Shown piece after piece: positions 57,390-64,000 of a stretch of DNA of 64,000 nucleotides. Made by a program: the position numbers and the translations under genes. The DNA is taken from IMG/VR virus record IMGVR_UViG_3300035210_000189, positions 88,441-152,440 of that record; one strand, 5' to 3'. This DNA is from a virus. How positions within the stretch are numbered: position 1 is the stretch's first letter; every line of letters begins with the position of its first letter. Below the pieces are notes generated by a model. The model ran no database searches, was not told where the DNA came from, and saw nothing but the letters and a program-made list of their open reading frames with translations.

Positions 57390-58116
57390 TTCCATGATGA
57401 AATTACAATACTTGGATAACCTTGATATTGGTTCATTATTTTATCCAAAATTTATTTTTTTACTCAAACAAGTATTTGACATTGATTTGACGAACGAACT
57501 CAATCCATTTCAGGAAGTTTCTCAAATGATTGGTAGTAATATTGATATTTGCTATCTATTTAAATATGGAAGCATTCTTGTATCTGCTCACAAAGAAAAC
57601 ACTGCTATTGGTGTATATATCACTATTACTGATAGTGTTATTAGTAATAAAATGCCTTACAAATCCACATCTTGCAGTTTAAAACTTGATCATGATATGA
57701 ATTTTATATGGGCATCTTTTGATATTAGTCTGGAATTTTCACGTTCGTACAATGATGAGTATAGCTTATTACAAATCAGAAATGTATTAAGTCCATCATC
57801 TCGTATTGTTAAAACATTCACTTATTCCAATCAAACGCAGTATTCAGTTTCAAAAGATTTGAAATCTTTTGGACTTAGTTCCAACTTTTTTACAGCCAAT
57901 AAAGAATTTGATGATTGCTTAATCGACTTCTTAACGTGCTGTTCAGTGACACCAAAACAATTTTATGACGAATTCACCGAATACCCCAACTATGATACGT
58001 TGATATCAACGGTTGAAGGCACTGTACAATTATTGTCTATATTTAACAAGCAATATATAGATGATAAAGATTTATTGAAATCACGATTGTTATTGACTGA
58101 AATGTGTTTGATTTAA
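57373..58116 (+). CDS. family-A array protein 14
   Basis: Ends LLTEMCLI. Confidence 0.8.
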   Translation: MITIHDSMMKLQYLDNLDIGSLFYPKFIFLLKQVFDIDLTNELNPFQEVSQMIGSNIDICYLFKYGSILVSAHKENTAIGVYITITDSVISNKMPYKSTSCSLKLDHDMNFIWASFDISLEFSRSYNDEYSLLQIRNVLSPSSRIVKTFTYSNQTQYSVSKDLKSFGLSSNFFTANKEFDDCLIDFLTCCSVTPKQFYDEFTEYPNYDTLISTVEGTVQLLSIFNKQYIDDKDLLKSRLLLTEMCLI

Positions 58117-58171
58117 TTTTGACATTTTGTTGATAATTTGATAAAATCAGCAGATCATTAAGGAGTTCACC

Positions 58172-59275
58172 TTGTTTAATTTCTTCAAAAAATTCCGACA
58201 AAAAAACAAACTACGTGGTTTCTTGTGTGGAACCCACTCTGTTACTGTGTCACAAGTTGAAATTGAGTTTGGTAGAGTTATTACTTATTCCTGTTCTTTT
58301 TTGGATTACATCATTTCTTTTGATTACAATGATTATGCTGGTGTCATTAATCAGTTAGGTGTGAGCACTATATCTTACAAAAACACCGTTATTTGCAAAG
58401 AGCACCACAATTTAACGATTAGTGGGCTAACACCAGAAGATTATTTGAAAAAATATTTTCAAAAAGCAATTGATTACTCTCAGAAATTAGATATAAATCA
58501 TTTGAATATCATCTTGCCATTTTTTGAAACAAAAGCCTTTCATTACACTAAAAGCCTTGAAATTGGATTAGAATCTACTTATCCGCAAGGTTGTATTTAC
58601 AATGTAGCCTTAATGCAGGAAAAAGCACCTTATAACGCCTATCTTAATAGCCATTGTAATAAAGGTTGGACTAAATTTAAAATAGTCACCTACAATGATA
58701 CGGTTTTTAATTGTTTATACACCAATGAGTTTGGTTATCTGTTAAGACAAAATCAAATACAAATTTCTCAAATAGAAACAATATCAGCTCAAATTAGTAC
58801 CCTGCTTGATAACAGTAAACTCACGTTGGAAACTTACGAGCGTGATGCTGACAAAGTTTTCTTTAATGAAGAAAAAAAGACAGCCTTGTTATACCGAGTT
58901 ATCAATTCAGAAAAGGATTATCACGGATCTCATATGGACGCGGTTGATGAATTGTATAATTACACTTCATTACATCTATTCTGGGTGGTTGATTTTACGC
59001 ATAAAACTACGACACTTAATATTTTTGAGTATGCGTATGATGACCATACATTCATTAAAGAACACATTCATTCAATGGAAACTAGGTTTCTAGCGGAAAT
59101 GCTTGATTTAGCTTATTATGAAGACTTCTTTAACAAAACTGTTGATAAGTTAATACATTGTCATTATCCCAGCAGAAAGCTTATTGAGCTTTTGGATAGT
59201 GCAATAGATCTCGATGGTTTTGATGGTACGCTGACAGAAGAACAATACAATTTGTTTAAAATGATGACAATTTGA
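58172..59275 (+). CDS. family-C protein
   Basis: TTG start with AAGGAG; ends FDGTLTEEQYNLFKMMTI. Confidence 0.75.
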   Translation: MFNFFKKFRQKNKLRGFLCGTHSVTVSQVEIEFGRVITYSCSFLDYIISFDYNDYAGVINQLGVSTISYKNTVICKEHHNLTISGLTPEDYLKKYFQKAIDYSQKLDINHLNIILPFFETKAFHYTKSLEIGLESTYPQGCIYNVALMQEKAPYNAYLNSHCNKGWTKFKIVTYNDTVFNCLYTNEFGYLLRQNQIQISQIETISAQISTLLDNSKLTLETYERDADKVFFNEEKKTALLYRVINSEKDYHGSHMDAVDELYNYTSLHLFWVVDFTHKTTTLNIFEYAYDDHTFIKEHIHSMETRFLAEMLDLAYYEDFFNKTVDKLIHCHYPSRKLIELLDSAIDLDGFDGTLTEEQYNLFKMMTI

Positions 59276-59352
59276 TTAAAATTAACCTGTTCAGTTCATT
59301 TTGACATTCTTCTTTATTTTGATAAACTTTTTCAATTGATAAGGAGTTTATC

Positions 59353-60390
59353 TTGTTTAATCTATTTAAGTTTTTAAAAAACAATAAAAATACACCTTTT
59401 AAAGTGAATGGTGTTCGAGTTTCTGTCATAGTCACTCCAGCCATTTCATGTCAGCATATTAAATACGTTGCTTATCTGAGTGGTTTTGAAATTGTTTTTG
59501 AGTATTATGACTACTTGTATATAGTTAATAAAATAGGCCGCTGTCAGATACTATTAAACAATGTGGTTATTCATCAAGAACCTTATAATATCACCTTATC
59601 GAAACTAGATCCTAATAAATATATAAAACAGTGTTTTAAAAGACTAATTCATCATGTTAATCAATTAGATCATTTGAAATTAGCTAAGATTACTCCAATT
59701 TTTAACGTTGATATTTTTAACTATATAAGCAGTATTTCAATCCATACAATTCGAAAATTTAGAAATGTTGATATTTATCATCTGTCATTAACTCAGAAAA
59801 ATGATATTGAGATTCCCTATAATCTTCGATACAATGCTAGGGATTTAAATAACATTGAAATTGTTGCTTTTTCTGACACTCCTTTTTGTCATCTGATGTC
59901 TCGGGATAAATCTTCTCCTAAATTTATTGAGGCTAGCAACGCTATTTATGATAATAACCGTATTAGAAACCATCCAGAAAAGTATTCGTCTTTCAAACTG
60001 GGAGATAATTTTAAGAATTCTTTATATAATGCGACTTTAAATGAAGCTCTTGTGTATGTTGTGTTTAAAGACTCGCTTAGTTATTCCAACAATAAGATTG
60101 TTTTACATTTTTTTTGGCATGTTTCCTTTGCCACGCAAGCTGTTAATGTGGTTACTTTTATTTTTGATGATGAAAAATTCGTTGGTGAATGCAGTGAACC
60201 CATAGAATCAAGATTCATCGAGAACGATATTGATCTTGATTATTATAAGAACTTCCTTGAAATTTTTGTCGAAAAATTATTGCTTATTTATTTCCCTACA
60301 CAGAATCTGGCTGATTTTCTTAGTATCCCTGATTTTAATGGACGACTAACCGAAGAACAGTACAGTGTTTTTTCGATGTATAGCATTTAA
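59353..60390 (+). CDS. family-C protein
   Basis: Paralog of 58172; ends FNGRLTEEQYSVFSMYSI. Confidence 0.75.
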   Translation: MFNLFKFLKNNKNTPFKVNGVRVSVIVTPAISCQHIKYVAYLSGFEIVFEYYDYLYIVNKIGRCQILLNNVVIHQEPYNITLSKLDPNKYIKQCFKRLIHHVNQLDHLKLAKITPIFNVDIFNYISSISIHTIRKFRNVDIYHLSLTQKNDIEIPYNLRYNARDLNNIEIVAFSDTPFCHLMSRDKSSPKFIEASNAIYDNNRIRNHPEKYSSFKLGDNFKNSLYNATLNEALVYVVFKDSLSYSNNKIVLHFFWHVSFATQAVNVVTFIFDDEKFVGECSEPIESRFIENDIDLDYYKNFLEIFVEKLLLIYFPTQNLADFLSIPDFNGRLTEEQYSVFSMYSI

Positions 60391-60471
60391 CAATTTCTTT
60401 AATTTAATTTATTTTTTCAAATTTCATGATAATATATACTTAATACTTAGAAATTTAAGGAGTCTTAAGTA

Positions 60472-60852
60472 ATGCCAGCTAAACATTTGTCTTCAAGTTA
60501 TTCCATAGAAGTCACTATTCCAGAATTTTCAGCTATAGAAGCCCGTGATAAAGCTGGGTCTGATATTCATGTTCGTTGGTTTGGGCTGAAATCTATACTT
60601 GAAGAGACTCTTGAGTTTTATAATATTCAGTATCACATCACATTCGGCACCACGATATTCTTTCATGTATTGACCGAAGATGAGTCTAATATTGAATTTG
60701 CAGAAGCTATTATTAATCAATATGCATCCAATCTTCCATTAACTGATATCATTGCTTTCATTGATGATAAAATCGGCATCAAAGAAAACTGTATCTCTCG
60801 CCTTGTGGCTGACAACGAGTTTTTGTTTGGCCTAAATGAAACATTCGATTAA
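60472..60852 (+). CDS. hypothetical protein
   Basis: AAGGAG SD. Confidence 0.65.
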   Translation: MPAKHLSSSYSIEVTIPEFSAIEARDKAGSDIHVRWFGLKSILEETLEFYNIQYHITFGTTIFFHVLTEDESNIEFAEAIINQYASNLPLTDIIAFIDDKIGIKENCISRLVADNEFLFGLNETFD

Positions 60853-60889
60853 TTCTTTACAACCCCGCAAAATATTGGTATAATCACGT

Positions 60890-61045
60890 CATGGAATCAA
60901 CGAACCACAATTGGGTGGTCAATCGTCTCCTAGGCTGTAACTGCCTGCCGTTCTCAATCTGGTAAAAATTATGTTTCAAAGGCTTTCCCACCTTATGCAC
61001 TCTAATCAGTCGCATACCAAAGGTAACGAGAACAACTGACCAAAC
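60890..61045 (+). ncRNA. structured 5' leader or small RNA
   Basis: Follows TATAAT at about 60880; TGGTCA/TGACCA, GTTCTC/GAGAAC and AGGC/GCCT pairings. Confidence 0.4.
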
Positions 61046-61072
61046 ATGCACACTACTTATTGGAGATCTATT

Positions 61073-61459
61073 ATGTTCTATAACTACGCTCAGTTTAAAA
61101 AAGCAACCAAAATTCTGCTCGAAGAGATGAAAGCTGAACCATTTAAATTATCTGGACTTCGTTTGCGTCTTGTTCAATTGATGGGTTTCAGCACGGTTGA
61201 AGCGTATGAAGCAACTTTTAATCGTGAAGCTCCAAAGACGATTACAGTTGTCACTATTGCACCTCAAATGAATGTTTTCAAGAAGGATTTTACGGCTAAT
61301 GATGAAGGCCAGAAGAAGGCAGAATCCTATTTTGTTGAAAAAATTCTTGAAGTCGAACCAGACATGGATCAAAGTGAGATTGAATGCTTTCTTGATGATG
61401 GCTTCTACGCCAAAGGTCATACGGAATATCAGTTCCATATCGTTCATAACGACGATTAA
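61073..61459 (+). CDS. hypothetical protein
   Basis: GGAG SD; terminator follows. Confidence 0.7.
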   Translation: MFYNYAQFKKATKILLEEMKAEPFKLSGLRLRLVQLMGFSTVEAYEATFNREAPKTITVVTIAPQMNVFKKDFTANDEGQKKAESYFVEKILEVEPDMDQSEIECFLDDGFYAKGHTEYQFHIVHNDD

Positions 61460-61535
61460 TTAACTTCGTCATATAAACGTTTCAAATTAAAAAGAACTGC
61501 CTCGAAACAGTTCTTTTTTTGTATTTTTGTATATG

Positions 61536-62576
61536 TCAAATGAACATTGCTTCAACAACTAACAATTCATTACCTGTTAATGGGCCTTCCAATGCAAACC
61601 CTAATTCTTCTCTGGTTTTTAAACTCACGCATTCCTTACACATTTCAGACAGCCACCATTTCTGAATACTTTCATTTTCAATGAAATGGCTTTTTAACAG
61701 TGTATACACATCAATCTTCGTAAGCATATCAGAAGCTTCCAACATAAGTATTTTTTGAAATTTTGCGTTGTCGTGCATAATTCTAGAAAATGAGAATTTT
61801 GACATATCGGCATCTACAAGGTTCTTAAAAACAATCATGTTTGTTTTTGGATTATCTTGGTCATACTCCTGAGCCTTCAAATAAAAGAATGTTTTGTCAT
61901 TAAAATTGACCTCCATAACACTTTCTTTCTGCAGCGATTCGTCATCAATGTATGTTAACCAAAACGTGTAAGATTCTTCAAAATCAATACCGCTGCCATT
62001 AAAATTAAATTCTAATGGTTTAATTCCGGTTTCTAGCATTTGGTATAAATGTTCACCAATAATTTTAATATTAGTTACTTGCATCTTTCCATCCTGCATT
62101 AAATGATAAGTGTCTTTTAATTTTTCATGAGGGTTAATCATGAAAAAGCCTTTATCATAACTGATATTTATAATTTTATTTATGTGAAACCCTATTCTGG
62201 TTAATGCTTTTCTGTCCATTTCTTTGTACATAGCTAATTGATTATCAAATTCAGATAGGAGTTTAATAATCGACATGTATTGTTGTCCATTTGATAGCAT
62301 TTTTGAATCGTAAACTTTCCCATAGACCATGAAATCGTCAATAAAAATCATGTGTATAATTTCTTCTTGATTGACGAACAAACAATCTTTGAATTCTTTT
62401 TCATTTTCTTTTTTGAATATGAGGTAAGAGCATTTAGCATTAACCTTATTTTCGATCATTCCAATATCTTTAAGGTATGACTCCTTAAAAAATTCTGGTG
62501 GCACGCTCACATAACCTACATCATCCAACGTCAGAGAATTAGGTTTTATGATGGCGTTGATTAATGTTGTTAACAT
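61536..62576 (-). CDS. hypothetical protein with family-C-like C-terminus
   Basis: GAGG SD; ends LEGPLTGNELLVVEAMFI. Confidence 0.75.
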   Translation of the reverse strand: MLTTLINAIIKPNSLTLDDVGYVSVPPEFFKESYLKDIGMIENKVNAKCSYLIFKKENEKEFKDCLFVNQEEIIHMIFIDDFMVYGKVYDSKMLSNGQQYMSIIKLLSEFDNQLAMYKEMDRKALTRIGFHINKIINISYDKGFFMINPHEKLKDTYHLMQDGKMQVTNIKIIGEHLYQMLETGIKPLEFNFNGSGIDFEESYTFWLTYIDDESLQKESVMEVNFNDKTFFYLKAQEYDQDNPKTNMIVFKNLVDADMSKFSFSRIMHDNAKFQKILMLEASDMLTKIDVYTLLKSHFIENESIQKWWLSEMCKECVSLKTREELGFALEGPLTGNELLVVEAMFI

Positions 62577-62727
62577 AATAGACCTCTTTATTTCAAAATA
62601 TCTTATATTGTATCAAAAATCCGTATAAATATCTATAATTATTCTATTTTTTTGGTGTGTTGACAATTGCACCCTTTCTTGTAATAATAATCGACTATTC
62701 TCAACAACAACCAAAAAGGTAATACCT

Positions 62728-63081
62728 ATGATTCTGAATAAATACGAGTTGGCTCAGGCTGGTGATCAGATCGCGTTTCAAGTGCTGGTTAAAATGAAAG
62801 ATGGCTATAATTATCAGCAAGGAAAAATTTATGATGGCAAGGTTGTTAAGCGTTACGAATCGGCCACTGATGTAGCCTTTGTGGGTGATGATGGCTCTAT
62901 TGTTGAAATAACAGTTGATCATAAGTATGGGGCAGAAAGTATTGAATTGATTATCAGTGATGATGATTTTGAAAAACGCAAAGAGGAATGGCTTGAAAAG
63001 GCTATTGAAGTCGCTAAAATCAATGCAGAAGAAGCGTTCACTAAACAAGTTAACTATCTCAAATCTGTTACGTTTCGATAA
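62728..63081 (+). CDS. hypothetical protein
   Basis: TTGACA promoter; AAGG SD. Confidence 0.7.
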   Translation: MILNKYELAQAGDQIAFQVLVKMKDGYNYQQGKIYDGKVVKRYESATDVAFVGDDGSIVEITVDHKYGAESIELIISDDDFEKRKEEWLEKAIEVAKINAEEAFTKQVNYLKSVTFR

Positions 63082-63156
63082 TTGATATAGTGGTTGACCT
63101 CATTTTGTCATTTTGGTATAATCAAGTTGTCAAAATAATTTAATGAGGTCATCACC

Positions 63157-63531
63157 ATGCCTTCCAAAATTACGGTAAATCCTGTTTATAGCAGCAAAAA
63201 AGAAGCCGAAATTGTTAAATTATGCAAATATCATTTTATTGACCGCTTGAACTTCTCTGGTGTTCAATATGACGCTATCTCTTTTGTTTCCGCTATCCTC
63301 AACGAAGCCATTAAACGCTTGGATACAAAACAATCCACTGTTGTTGAATTATCAGACACTTGCAAACCCAAATCTTTTGACATTTCAACCATTGAAAAAC
63401 ATGCCCATGAATTCCTTCATCACTTGCGTGAGCGTCAAATCTCACTGATGTTGCTTGAATACGTCAATAACCTTGTCAAATTAGCGATTGAAGCACTAGA
63501 CAAAAGCCTCAATCATTCAGTTAAATCTTGA
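63157..63531 (+). CDS. hypothetical protein
   Basis: TTGACC/TATAAT promoter; GAGG SD. Confidence 0.7.
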   Translation: MPSKITVNPVYSSKKEAEIVKLCKYHFIDRLNFSGVQYDAISFVSAILNEAIKRLDTKQSTVVELSDTCKPKSFDISTIEKHAHEFLHHLRERQISLMLLEYVNNLVKLAIEALDKSLNHSVKS

Positions 63532-63580
63532 TTAATAAGTCTCCATTGTGTATAATTCTATACCTTTGGAGCGTATTTTC

Positions 63581-64000
63581 ATGTCAGGTAAAACTCGGTT
63601 CTACAATCGGCAAGTGGCTGAAAGCTTGTCTGCACCTCATAACATCATCAGTATTGGCGAAAATGGCGATGGCTGGAAGCTTAATAGCTGTCATACCAAC
63701 GTTATTCGCTTGCTGTTTGATGACCTTCAAGAATACCTTGAAGAAAAATACACCTTATTCTCCGGTAAGCAGGCACAGGCTATTATTAAATGGCTTCAAT
63801 CCATTCCAGATGATTCTCTGGTTATTGTGCATTGCGAAGGTGGTGTAGCCCGATCAGCCGCTGTGGTTAAGTTCATGGTAGACAAGCTAGGTTATGAATT
63901 TGAAGCTGACCGTTATTGTAAAGGCGACTATTCCTTGATGAATGTCTTCGTTTATGATACACTAGTGGCTCAATATGAGTCTATGGAGAAATCACCTTGA
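63581..64000 (+). CDS. protein-tyrosine/dual-specificity phosphatase-like protein
   Basis: VHCEGGVARS (CX5R); GGAG SD; stop at 63998-64000. Confidence 0.85.
   Translation: MSGKTRFYNRQVAESLSAPHNIISIGENGDGWKLNSCHTNVIRLLFDDLQEYLEEKYTLFSGKQAQAIIKWLQSIPDDSLVIVHCEGGVARSAAVVKFMVDKLGYEFEADRYCKGDYSLMNVFVYDTLVAQYESMEKSP

Noticed and set aside
46348-58116. Diversity-generating retroelement or integron cassette array
   Set aside because: No reverse transcriptase, no near-identical TR/VR pair, and no room for attC sites (gaps of 0-1 nt).
1-64000. Alternative genetic code
   Set aside because: Known genes (lgt, trpS, frr, tnpB, CDF, sirtuin) are full-length in code 11.

Overview
AT-rich (about one-third GC by eye), gene-dense accessory region of a large mobile replicon, either a jumbo phage or a megaplasmid. 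No virion, replication or conjugation genes are visible in this window, so the two cannot be told apart. The encoded RRF resembles Pseudomonas-type RRF, which suggests a gammaproteobacterial host. Almost every unit has a consensus sigma70 promoter and an intrinsic terminator. Recognisable genes: class I SAM methyltransferase, PRTase-like protein, lgt, a TnpB-only IS200/IS605-family element (11872-13091) that interrupts a gene, a CDF Zn/Co/Cd exporter, two HNH-type proteins, a DEDD exonuclease-like protein, trpS, frr, a Sir2/CobB deacylase, a PTP-like phosphatase and three Spy/CpxP-like proteins. Four features are unexplained. (i) A separately transcribed ~450-nt RNA after trpS carries three periodic two-codon minigenes (GAGGTG-N8-ATG-NNG-stop). 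(ii) A uORF plus terminator-like leader sits in front of frr, and similar uORFs precede two small basic proteins, which points to a module built around translation termination and recycling. (iii) The first 2 kb hold a cluster of aberrant CCA-ended tRNA-like RNAs and a repeated, covarying structured RNA motif. (iv) About 23 proteins from several divergent families, including a 14-gene tandem array, share the extreme C-terminal signature L-x-x-h-x-M-x-x-[I/L/V]-COOH.
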